The position numbers and the translations under genes are program-made. From Nanobdellota archaeon (GTDB lineage: Archaea; Aenigmatarchaeota; Aenigmatarchaeia; QMZP01), in assembly GCA_043814765.1 (NCBI GenBank), contig JBDRJQ010000012.1, positions 1-12,803 on the forward strand: a stretch of DNA of 12,803 nucleotides, written 5' to 3'. The stretch's first letter is position 1; every line of letters starts with the position of its first letter. This document shows, piece by piece, positions 1-7,681 of the stretch. The notes below the pieces were generated by a model. It did no database searches and was not told the DNA's origin. It was given only the letters and a program-made list of their open reading frames with translations.

Positions 1-1
1 G

Positions 2-472
2 GAACATCTGCCAGGGCATTTCCGGTTCTGAATTAATTATTGTGAAATAACCTTCAGATACCCCGTAGAACTTTTCATGAAACAGGCTCGTTATTCTGAT
101 ATTGACTGTGAGTGATGGATCATCGGGTACGAGCCATTCGAAGACATCATCATCTTCAGTGGACGGTGTGATCTCATGGATATCGCTGACAAAATCATCT
201 TCTGAGTATTCGATTCTCAAATTCCCGAGGTTGCCGTGTGATTCCCATAAGATATTATACATGGTGCCGGACAAAAGTTCCTCTCCAGTAACCGGAGACA
301 AAATAATTATTCTCTTGTTAGGTGGAGGAGAAGTTGGAGGTGGTCCACCATCTCCGTAATGGATTCCTGACTGATCTCCTGTGTAAGGAGTTGTCGGCCC
401 TTCTCCGCTCCCACATGAGGAGACCAGGAGTAGAGTAAGAATTAATGAAAAAAGAAGAATCATGCGATTCAT
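2..472 (-). CDS. Predicted lipoprotein, 3'-truncated by the window edge: signal peptide and lipobox, Pro-rich linker, Ig-like beta-sandwich domain, probably followed by a PQQ/BamB-like beta-propeller
   Basis: Not in the ORF track because it has no stop in the window. Manual translation of the minus strand from ATG at 472 is open for 157 codons: MNRMILLFSLILTLLLVSS-C-GSGEGPTTP...GGPPPTSPPPNKRIIILSPVTGEELLSGTMYNILWESHGNLGNLRIEYSEDDFVSDIHEITPSTEDDDVFEWLVPDDPSLTVNIRITSLFHEKFYGVSEGYFTIINSEPEMPWQMF. It has a hydrophobic leader ending in Cys20 and an AAGGAGG site 8 nt upstream. The SPxxGE...YxIxW...IEYS...WxVP...FTI pattern is typical of surface-protein Ig-like repeats. PWQMF resembles the W-x-M-F start of PQQ-like propellers (inference). 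Confidence 0.85.
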   Translation of the reverse strand, partial: MNRMILLFSLILTLLLVSSCGSGEGPTTPYTGDQSGIHYGDGGPPPTSPPPNKRIIILSPVTGEELLSGTMYNILWESHGNLGNLRIEYSEDDFVSDIHEITPSTEDDDVFEWLVPDDPSLTVNIRITSLFHEKFYGVSEGYFTIINSEPEMPWQMF

Positions 473-480
473 TTGTTTAG

Positions 481-487
481 CCTCCTT
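481..487 (-). promoter_or_regulatory. Shine-Dalgarno site AAGGAGG for the lipoprotein gene
   Basis: cctcctt at 481-487 reads AAGGAGG on the minus strand, 8 nt upstream of the ATG at 472. Confidence 0.8.
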
Positions 488-551
488 GGCTATTGTTTTT
501 TGTAAGAAAGTATACTGTATATCCATTAGGATTTAACACAAAGCAAGTATC

Positions 552-580
552 TTGCGTCGTGAATTTACAGTTAGTATATT
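552..580 (+). promoter_or_regulatory. Possible sigma70-like promoter (TTGCGT-17 nt-TATATT)
   Basis: TTGCGT at 552-557, a 17-nt spacer and TATATT at 575-580. This could be a chance match in AT-rich DNA. Confidence 0.3.
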
Positions 581-621
581 AGCATGATAATGATTACAAC
601 AACTAATTGTTACTAAATGGG

Positions 622-637
622 TATAAAAAGCTTTCTC
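622..637 (-). promoter_or_regulatory. Archaeal-type BRE/TATA element facing leftward
   Basis: The minus strand reads GAGAAAG-C-TTTTTATA, a purine-rich BRE-like stretch directly followed by a TTTATA box. Confidence 0.5.
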
Positions 638-693
638 TTGCTATCTGTTCGAAGGCCCATTATTTGAACAGGATTAGGAGAAAATAATTATAC

Positions 694-700
694 TTTTAAA
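694..700 (+). promoter_or_regulatory. Archaeal-type TATA box for a probably leaderless UPF0182 transcript
   Basis: TTTTAAA at 694-700, 21 nt before the ATG at 722. There is no SD motif directly upstream of this ATG. Confidence 0.55.
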
Positions 701-721
701 TCACATAAACAACTTATTCAA

Positions 722-3433
722 ATGAAGCTTGGAGAGCTTGTTATTCTTGTATTGGTGATTCTTTTAGCCGTTGGTGCAGGCACGGCTTTCATTTTTGCAG
801 ACTTGTTCTGGTTCACTGGCCTGGGATATGCTGATGTGTATCTTACAATGCTTTTAACGTCTACGGGTTTTGGTTTGCTGCTGGGTGTGGGGTTCTTCAT
901 TTTTGCATCGCTGAACATAAAGCTTGCAAAGAGAATGTCATTCAGCAAAGCTGAAAGAAAAAAGGCAAAAGACATGCCTTTCATTTTGCTGGCGCTTTTT
1001 CTCGCCACTATAATTGGATCAAGCTATGCGAACTGGGAAATCCTGCTCAAGTTCCTTAATGCATCAACTTTTGCAGCAATAGACCCTGTTTTCGGCATGA
1101 ACATAGGCTTTTACGTCTTCACCCTGCCCTTTTACCAGCTGATATTCAGCTTTCTGGCAACAACTGTTGGATTGACAATGTTCCTGAGCTTTCTGTTCTA
1201 CCTGATACATTCTGATGTCTTAAAGAAAAAGGAAGTAGCAAATGTAGTGGAAATGGAAACAGACGAGCATCCAGCAATAGGGATAGAATTCTCCCCTAAT
1301 TTTTCAAAAATAAAGAAACTGATTACTCCTCACATGAGCATGCTTCTTGCAGCTCTGTTCTTTATTGCGGCGTTTGGCTTTCATCTTGCGCAGTACGGGC
1401 TTTTATTCAACTCCGGCAATGTTTTTTACGGCGCAGGCTTTGCTGACCTGAATGTCAGCCTTTTGTTCCTTAATGTGGGATTTTATGTTTCAATTGTCAT
1501 AGGCATCGCATTCATCCTGAACCTGAAGATAAGGAGATGGAGGCTTCTTATGGAGGGAGTCGGCATACTGGTTGCAATAGTGTTCGTAGGTCTGCTCGCA
1601 GCAGGCGCTGTCCAGGTATTGTATGTGGGGCCCAATGAATACAACGTGCAAAAACCTTACATAGAGATGAATATAGAAAGCACAACCGCCGCCTACGGCC
1701 TCGACTCAATAGAAAACAGAATATTCCCTGTCTCTTATGACCTCACGATTGATGACGTAAACCAGAACATAGAGACAATCGGCAACATAAGGCTGTGGGA
1801 CTGGAGGCCTCTCAGGGACACCTACACACAGCTTCAGCTTTTCAGGACGTATTATGATTTCAGCGATATTGACATTGACAGGTACAAACTCAACGGGAAA
1901 TACAAGCAGGTCATGCTCTCGCCCAGGGAAATGGACATCAACGACCTTTCATCAACAGCCCAAACATGGGTAAACAAGCATCTGGTTTACACACACGGCT
2001 ATGGCGTTGTAATGAATCCTGTTGACAAGGTTTCAGAAGAGGGGCTTCCTGAATTTTACATCAAGGACATACCACCAAAGTCAGATTACGAAGTCCTGAA
2101 CATAGACAGGCCTGAAATATATTACGGGGAGAGCACATCACAGTACGTGATAACAAAAACAACAACGCAGGAGTTTGACTATCCCAGCGGAGACCAGAAC
2201 ATCTACATGTCATATGAAGGAACAGGCGGCATCCCGATAGGAGACTTTTTCAAAAAGCTGGTATATGCAATAAGGTTTGCTTCAATTGAACTACTAGTCT
2301 CAGGCTCTGTTACCGAGGACAGCAGGATATTGTTGAACAGAAACATTGATGAAAGGACAATGACCATAGCGCCGTTCCTGAAATACGACTACGATCCTTA
2401 CATAGTTATTTCTGACGGCAGGCTTTACTGGATACTAGATGCTTACACAACCACGGACATGTATCCGTACTCAGAGCCCGTGTACTCCGAGCGCCTCGGC
2501 ATGTTAAATTACATGCGCAATTCTGTCAAGGTTGTTACGGATGCGTACAATGGCGACGTGACATACTACGTTGTTGACAGCAGCGACCCGCTCATACAGA
2601 CCTACATGAAGATATTCCCTGACATGTTTAAGGATTTCTCTGAAATGCCTGCAGGCATAAAGGATCACGTCAGATATCCTGAGGATATATTCACTGTCCA
2701 GGCAACCTTATATTCAACCTATCATATGGAAGATCCGCAGGTTTTCTACAATAAAGAGGATGTCTGGGTCATACCCAATGAGGTATACATAAGCGGCACA
2801 CGGTCAATGATACCTTATTATGTGATAATCAAGCTGCCTGATGCGCAAGATGAGGATTTCATGCTCATGATACCTTTCAAGCCCAGGGGCGAGGACAAGC
2901 AGAACATGATAGGATGGATGTCTGCCAACAGCGACCCCGACGACTACGGAAAGATAGTGGTATACCAGTTTTCCAAGCAGGAGCTGGTTTACGGCCCGAT
3001 GCAAATAGAGGCGATGATAGACCAGGACACAGAGATATCGCAGCTGATAACATTATGGAGCCAGAGTGGTTCAAACGTCATAAGGGGCAACACTCTTGTG
3101 ATACCGATAAAGAATTCCATACTTTACATAGAGCCGCTTTACCTTCAGGCAACCCAAGAGGGCAGCCTCCCTCAGTTGAAAAGGGTCATAGTCGCGTACA
3201 AGGACTCGATAGCAATGGAGGAAACACTCAGCGAGGCAATTGCAAAAATCTTCGGCATTGAAACAACTAGGCCAACGGTTCCAGCAACCCCAGGAGAAGA
3301 TGAAACAGCAGAAGAATTATTGGAGCGCATATCACAGCTCTACGAGCAGGCCCAGGCAGCCCTGCAAGCAGGCGACTTCACAGCCTACGCAGAATATATA
3401 GAGCAAATTGGCGCGCTGCTTGAATATTTCTGA
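722..3433 (+). CDS. UPF0182 family integral membrane protein
   Basis: 903 aa. The N-terminal region has multiple transmembrane segments with family motifs (DLFWFTGLGY, DPVFGMNIGFYVFTLPFY, YGAGFADLN). The large soluble C-terminal region has NIRLWD, YYDFSDIDIDRY, WVNKHLVYTHGYG, PEIYYGE, EFDYP, IAPFL, YWILDAYTT, YPYS, NYMRNSVK, RYPEDIF, FYNKEDVW, PYYV, YGPMQI, VIRGN, YIEPLYL and PQLKRVIV. Confidence 0.95.
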   Translation: MKLGELVILVLVILLAVGAGTAFIFADLFWFTGLGYADVYLTMLLTSTGFGLLLGVGFFIFASLNIKLAKRMSFSKAERKKAKDMPFILLALFLATIIGSSYANWEILLKFLNASTFAAIDPVFGMNIGFYVFTLPFYQLIFSFLATTVGLTMFLSFLFYLIHSDVLKKKEVANVVEMETDEHPAIGIEFSPNFSKIKKLITPHMSMLLAALFFIAAFGFHLAQYGLLFNSGNVFYGAGFADLNVSLLFLNVGFYVSIVIGIAFILNLKIRRWRLLMEGVGILVAIVFVGLLAAGAVQVLYVGPNEYNVQKPYIEMNIESTTAAYGLDSIENRIFPVSYDLTIDDVNQNIETIGNIRLWDWRPLRDTYTQLQLFRTYYDFSDIDIDRYKLNGKYKQVMLSPREMDINDLSSTAQTWVNKHLVYTHGYGVVMNPVDKVSEEGLPEFYIKDIPPKSDYEVLNIDRPEIYYGESTSQYVITKTTTQEFDYPSGDQNIYMSYEGTGGIPIGDFFKKLVYAIRFASIELLVSGSVTEDSRILLNRNIDERTMTIAPFLKYDYDPYIVISDGRLYWILDAYTTTDMYPYSEPVYSERLGMLNYMRNSVKVVTDAYNGDVTYYVVDSSDPLIQTYMKIFPDMFKDFSEMPAGIKDHVRYPEDIFTVQATLYSTYHMEDPQVFYNKEDVWVIPNEVYISGTRSMIPYYVIIKLPDAQDEDFMLMIPFKPRGEDKQNMIGWMSANSDPDDYGKIVVYQFSKQELVYGPMQIEAMIDQDTEISQLITLWSQSGSNVIRGNTLVIPIKNSILYIEPLYLQATQEGSLPQLKRVIVAYKDSIAMEETLSEAIAKIFGIETTRPTVPATPGEDETAEELLERISQLYEQAQAALQAGDFTAYAEYIEQIGALLEYF

Positions 3434-3472
3434 TATCCCCTGATAAAGTAAAGCTTCTTCTTATGTGTGGTT

Positions 3473-4732
3473 TTACTTACCAACAACAATCTTTCTTGCT
3501 ATCTCTGCAAGCTTTCCCCACCATTTGATTGGTGTGATGTAAAAAATTGGTCTGAACAGATGTGCCTTTTTTACAATCACTGTTAAGGCAAGTCCTTTGA
3601 ATAAAGATGTTTTGATGTTAGGGAAATCGTAAGTTGGTGTGGGTCTGCCGAATAGCTTTGCAAATCTGATCTTGGATAAGCCGCCCTGGACTTTGATTTT
3701 CAGCTGATGCTTCTGTGCACGCATGACGTCTGACATTGTTATCTCTTTGGTTTCGATGAAACCAGCTTTCTCTGCTTTTGTGATTGTTTCAAGACCGCGT
3801 TTTGTTCTGACAAGTATCAGTGACCATGGGTCTTGTTTTTTTATCAGTTCAGGCAGCCATGCGTCTCCGACAGCGATGTCTGCGAACTCGTTGTAGAAGT
3901 CTGGACAGAGCATGCAGCGATTGTCCATGAACGGAGGTATAACAACGTTATGATAGAACTTATGAAAGAACTTTTGTTCTCCATTTTTAAGTGTAACAAG
4001 GAAGCCTCCAGGCCATTTGCCTCCACGATATTCCATCTTTGCAGTGTCCTCTTTCTTCACTCCCATTTTTTTGTAGAGAAATTCTGTAGCACCGAAGTTT
4101 GTGTTTGCTCCACAGAAAATGCCGATTGTCAGCTTGCAATTCTTTGTTTTGTTTGGTGCGTACATGTCCATGTTTTTTATTCCGTTGATGTGGCACGGTA
4201 GACCGACAAAGGCGTAGCTTTCATTTGGTTTTATTTTTGCTAGTAGAGAATTCATTGACAACAGAGTGTACTTGGATTGTGATGAACGTCTGATGTCTTC
4301 ACTGGTTTTTGCTAAAAGGAGCTCTGGCTCCCACGGCTTGTCTTTGTTCATTGATGCGAGTGCTACTTGGTTCACGACTTTCTTGTCGAGAAGATAGAGT
4401 AGTATAGATGTTATTGCTCCACCAGAAGCAGCATTTTTTATAACAGTGTTATCTTTTGAACGTACAAGATATGTTTTCTTTACAAGACCAAATTCTGTGT
4501 TGGAAGTTTCTTTCATATGCTCATATGCTTTTTCTCTGTCCATGCCCTTTCCAGGACAGACCTCATAACACAACCCACAATCTATGCACTTGCCTGTAAG
4601 TACTGGACTACCGGCAAAGCCTTTAATCTCTATACAGTTAACTGGACAAGCTCCTACACAGCTACCACACTGATGACATAGTTCCTTTTTCACTACTTCT
4701 TTCTCAAGTCTGTTAAAAGTATTCATAATCAT
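3473..4732 (-). CDS. FrhB/FdhB-family (coenzyme F420 hydrogenase/dehydrogenase beta subunit-like) iron-sulfur flavoprotein with N-terminal 2[4Fe-4S] ferredoxin domain
   Basis: Two ferredoxin motifs (CHQCGSCVGACP and CIDCGLCYEVCP) and FrhB motifs AASGGAIT, SQSKY, FVGLPCH, IGIFC, YRGGKWPG and RCMLCPDF...ADIAVGDAW. The start overlaps the upstream stop (ATGA, 4729-4732). The true start may be the ATG at 4726, given its spacing from GGTGA. Confidence 0.9.
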   Translation of the reverse strand: MIMNTFNRLEKEVVKKELCHQCGSCVGACPVNCIEIKGFAGSPVLTGKCIDCGLCYEVCPGKGMDREKAYEHMKETSNTEFGLVKKTYLVRSKDNTVIKNAASGGAITSILLYLLDKKVVNQVALASMNKDKPWEPELLLAKTSEDIRRSSQSKYTLLSMNSLLAKIKPNESYAFVGLPCHINGIKNMDMYAPNKTKNCKLTIGIFCGANTNFGATEFLYKKMGVKKEDTAKMEYRGGKWPGGFLVTLKNGEQKFFHKFYHNVVIPPFMDNRCMLCPDFYNEFADIAVGDAWLPELIKKQDPWSLILVRTKRGLETITKAEKAGFIETKEITMSDVMRAQKHQLKIKVQGGLSKIRFAKLFGRPTPTYDFPNIKTSLFKGLALTVIVKKAHLFRPIFYITPIKWWGKLAEIARKIVVGK

Positions 4733-6294
4733 TTCTCACCAAGACTTCTTCTCATCTCAGCAAAGCCCTTTTCGTTGATGAGATCTGCTATGTCTGTGTT
4801 GTCGTTGCTAAACGAAAGGTCTTGCTTCTGAAAGTATCTTGATGAAGCAACATGTATAAACGACATCTTGTCTGCAAGCTCCATTTTTTCCAAGTCGCTT
4901 CCTTCGACTGTATCAAACACTTGAAAGTTGTTCTCTTCTATGACAAAACTTCTCTTAAACTTCAGATCAGTGATAGGAGAATCCTTTATCATTTTCTTTC
5001 TGGCTTGTGACTTCAATGCTTTTCCACCGCCAAAAGAGAGCAGAACTCTTGAAGCTGCTGTTTTTGTTGGCGTCATTAGAAAGCCGTCAAACTTGTGAAA
5101 TTTTCCTGAAACACTCAATTCTTTTATGCTGTAATTATAATCCAACCACTGTGTACAAACATTATCGCCGCTTTTGGTTTTTCCTACAAAACCGGCATCA
5201 GAGTATGTGTAGTTTTTAGAATGGAAGCGGAAAACTCCTCCCTTGTTGAAACCTATTACAACAAAATAATTCTTGTTTTTTATTACAACTAATCTTGATT
5301 CAGGGAACCGTTTCTCAAATATCTCTGATGGTTTGTTTTTGTTTTTGTTGTAGTTGTCGTGCGCTTGAAGATAAGTGTATGAATTGAATACAAAATACCT
5401 GTCATCCATTGCTTGTGGTGTTATAATTGTTTTGTTTTTGAGACCTTGGATTATTTTATAGCAGACTTCTCTTGCAGCAGGAACTTTTTCTGAAAACACC
5501 TCAAATCCAGAAGGTATTATATATTCTGTATTTCTGCTGCCGTAAACTCCTCCAACAGTTCCGTCATCATAGACAAAGTAGTTGAAAAAGTCAATAGCAT
5601 CAGTTGCTATTGGTATTATATTTTCATCTCCAGAAGCTCTGTAATATTTTGCAAGATAATCAATTGCTACGCTAAGATAACCGAAATCCGGTCCACCGTA
5701 CTCAGGGAACCAGCCTTCTCTATTCTGCTTATCCTTTATTATTTTCAGCTTCTCTTTGACCGCTGTAAGAAATCTCTCTTCTTTTGTAATCTTGTAAACA
5801 TTATACAACGCTGCAAGTGCACCGCATGTTTGGTTTATTGCATCAAAATCATTGTTTTCTGAAAGCCACTCGCCTGCTTTTCTGAAAGCAGCCAAAAGTT
5901 TTCTTTCCAAATCTTCTGGTATTTCATCTTCAATTAGCATGAAAGCTTCTGTTGCAGCGTAAGTTGTAAATGCAGTTGCAACAAAACTGTTTTCATTTGG
6001 ATAAGCCTCATCAAAACTTCCGTTTTTGCGCTGAATTCTTGTCCAGAAATCCAAAGCTGATACAGCCATGTCCAGTATTTTTTGGTTGTTATAAACGCTG
6101 TCATACTTGTTTTTGTATAGCAATGCCAGTGTTAGAACAGCTTCTTGGAATCTTGCGTTTGCAAAGTCTGTACTCTTGTAATGCCAATAGAGTCTGTCAA
6201 AACAACCGTATGTCTGGGAATATGGGTTGGTGTCAACCATACACAATAGTCTGGGTGCACTTTCTACGACTACATTTGAGTAGAGCTCTTTCAT
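4729..6294 (-). CDS. Hypothetical protein; predicted alpha/alpha-toroid N-terminal domain plus beta-rich C-terminal domain (heparinase II/III- or lyase/epimerase-like layout)
   Basis: 521-aa ORF tightly coupled in the operon, with a GAGGT site before the ATG. It has an aromatic-rich N-terminal motif (YGCFDRLYWHYK), two Q-x-x-x-G-x-F helix-turn motifs (QRKNGSFDE at Q88, QNREGWFPE at Q190), NQ at 154-155, EYGGPDFGY and YGSRNT. The C-terminus looks like short beta strands. The CDS is secure; the fold is inferred. Confidence 0.75.
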   Translation of the reverse strand: MKELYSNVVVESAPRLLCMVDTNPYSQTYGCFDRLYWHYKSTDFANARFQEAVLTLALLYKNKYDSVYNNQKILDMAVSALDFWTRIQRKNGSFDEAYPNENSFVATAFTTYAATEAFMLIEDEIPEDLERKLLAAFRKAGEWLSENNDFDAINQTCGALAALYNVYKITKEERFLTAVKEKLKIIKDKQNREGWFPEYGGPDFGYLSVAIDYLAKYYRASGDENIIPIATDAIDFFNYFVYDDGTVGGVYGSRNTEYIIPSGFEVFSEKVPAAREVCYKIIQGLKNKTIITPQAMDDRYFVFNSYTYLQAHDNYNKNKNKPSEIFEKRFPESRLVVIKNKNYFVVIGFNKGGVFRFHSKNYTYSDAGFVGKTKSGDNVCTQWLDYNYSIKELSVSGKFHKFDGFLMTPTKTAASRVLLSFGGGKALKSQARKKMIKDSPITDLKFKRSFVIEENNFQVFDTVEGSDLEKMELADKMSFIHVASSRYFQKQDLSFSNDNTDIADLINEKGFAEMRRSLGEK

Positions 6295-6301
6295 AATTAC
6301 C

Positions 6302-7609
6302 TCAAAACGTTTTGTATTTTATTCCGAGTGATTCTATTTTTTCCTTGTTTAGGATTTTTTTAGCATCAAAAATAATGGCATTGTTTGAAGCCATTTTTTT
6401 GAAATCTTCATTGGTTATTGTTTTCAGTTTATCATGTGCCACTAAAAACAAAAAGGCGTCAACATCAGTGATATTTTCTAAAGAGTTTAAAGGAGTTATT
6501 CCCATTTTCTCTATTACATCGTTATCCAAAAATGGATCGTATCCAAAAACTTTTATGTTGTTTTTTGAAAACTCTTTAGCTATTTTTTCTGCAGGAGTAT
6601 TTCTTATGTCAGATACGTTCTCTTTATAGGTCAGTCCCAAAAGAACAACTTTTGACTCTTTGTTTGACAAATGATTCATTATCATATTGGTTACATGTCT
6701 TGGCATGAATTCGTTTATTTCCATTGAAGAAGACATTATTTTTGGATCATATCCGAACTCTTTTGACTTGTGTATGAGATAGTAAGGGTCCACTGATATG
6801 CAGTGTCCACCAACTCCTGCATTTGGATAATACGGATGAAAATTCCATTTGGTTTTTGCAGCCTCTATTACTTCATGGGTGTTTATGCCCATCTTATCAA
6901 ACACAACAGCCAATTCATTAATGAGCGATATATTCACTGCTCTTTGAACATTTTCAACAATTTTGACAGCTTCTGCTGTTTTTATGTTATTCACTTTCTT
7001 TATGCCAGCGCTAATAACAGTGCCATAAAAATCAGCTACAATATCCGTTGTTTCTTTATCATAGCCGCCTACAACTTTGATAGTATTTTCTAATATGTGC
7101 ACCTTATCGCCTGGATTTATTCTTTCAGGAGAATAAGCTAAACTAAAATCAGTTCCGCAAACAAGCCCTGATTCCTTTTCTATTATAGGCTTCATTATTT
7201 CTTCTGTAACACCTGGGTAAACAGTCGATTCTAAAACAATTATTGAATCCCTTTTCATATTGTTTCCTATTAAAATAGAAGCAGATTCTATTGGAGATAG
7301 GTCAGGCTTGTTATTAGTGTCTGTTGGCGTGGGAACACAAACTAAAACAAAATCAGCTGGTATTTTTTCTGTGTCAGATGTTATGAAAAGTTTATCTTCA
7401 ATGGCTTTTTTTATTTCGCTGTTTTCATTTTCTCCTGTTATGTCATTTGACTCGTTTAATTTTTTGACTTTATTTTCATCTACATCAAAACCCGTAACTC
7501 TAAATCCTGCTTTACTGAATGCTAAAGCGAGTGGCAAGCCAACATAGCCTAAACCTACTACAGTTACTGTAGCTTCTCTTTTTTCTATAATGTCTTTAAG
7601 ATCTAACAT
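6302..7609 (-). CDS. UDP-N-acetylglucosamine/galactosamine 6-dehydrogenase (WbpO/TviB/WecC-like nucleotide-sugar dehydrogenase)
   Basis: Rossmann motif GLGYVGLP, plus CVPTP, ESTVYPGVTE, YSPERINPGD, EAVKIVENVQR, the catalytic-Cys motif GGHCISVDPYY and GLTYKENVSDIRN. Confidence 0.93.
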   Translation of the reverse strand: MLDLKDIIEKREATVTVVGLGYVGLPLALAFSKAGFRVTGFDVDENKVKKLNESNDITGENENSEIKKAIEDKLFITSDTEKIPADFVLVCVPTPTDTNNKPDLSPIESASILIGNNMKRDSIIVLESTVYPGVTEEIMKPIIEKESGLVCGTDFSLAYSPERINPGDKVHILENTIKVVGGYDKETTDIVADFYGTVISAGIKKVNNIKTAEAVKIVENVQRAVNISLINELAVVFDKMGINTHEVIEAAKTKWNFHPYYPNAGVGGHCISVDPYYLIHKSKEFGYDPKIMSSSMEINEFMPRHVTNMIMNHLSNKESKVVLLGLTYKENVSDIRNTPAEKIAKEFSKNNIKVFGYDPFLDNDVIEKMGITPLNSLENITDVDAFLFLVAHDKLKTITNEDFKKMASNNAIIFDAKKILNKEKIESLGIKYKTF

Positions 7610-7681
7610 AGTTGCATCTACCCTATTATGTAGTTAAATAAGTGCAATAGGTTTTTAAAGCATTATAAGGTATAATTACCT
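7610..7681. promoter_or_regulatory. 72-bp divergent promoter region with back-to-back TATA-like boxes
   Basis: The minus strand has TTATTTAA (7634-7641) 24 nt before ATG 7609. The plus strand has TTTTTAAA (7652-7659) 22 nt before ATG 7682. Confidence 0.6.

Noticed and set aside
102..359. 85-aa Ser-rich plus-strand ORF
   Set aside because: It is the antisense shadow of the minus-strand lipoprotein gene, which has an SD site, a signal peptide and a recognisable domain pattern.
3473..4732. F420-reducing hydrogenase or methanogenesis locus
   Set aside because: No FrhA/FrhG/FrhD or other energy-metabolism genes are in the window; the gene is coupled to sugar-modifying genes.
4729..6294. Squalene/terpene cyclase call from the QxxxGxF motifs
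   Set aside because: No DxDD catalytic motif is present, only two such repeats are visible, and the C-terminus looks beta-rich.
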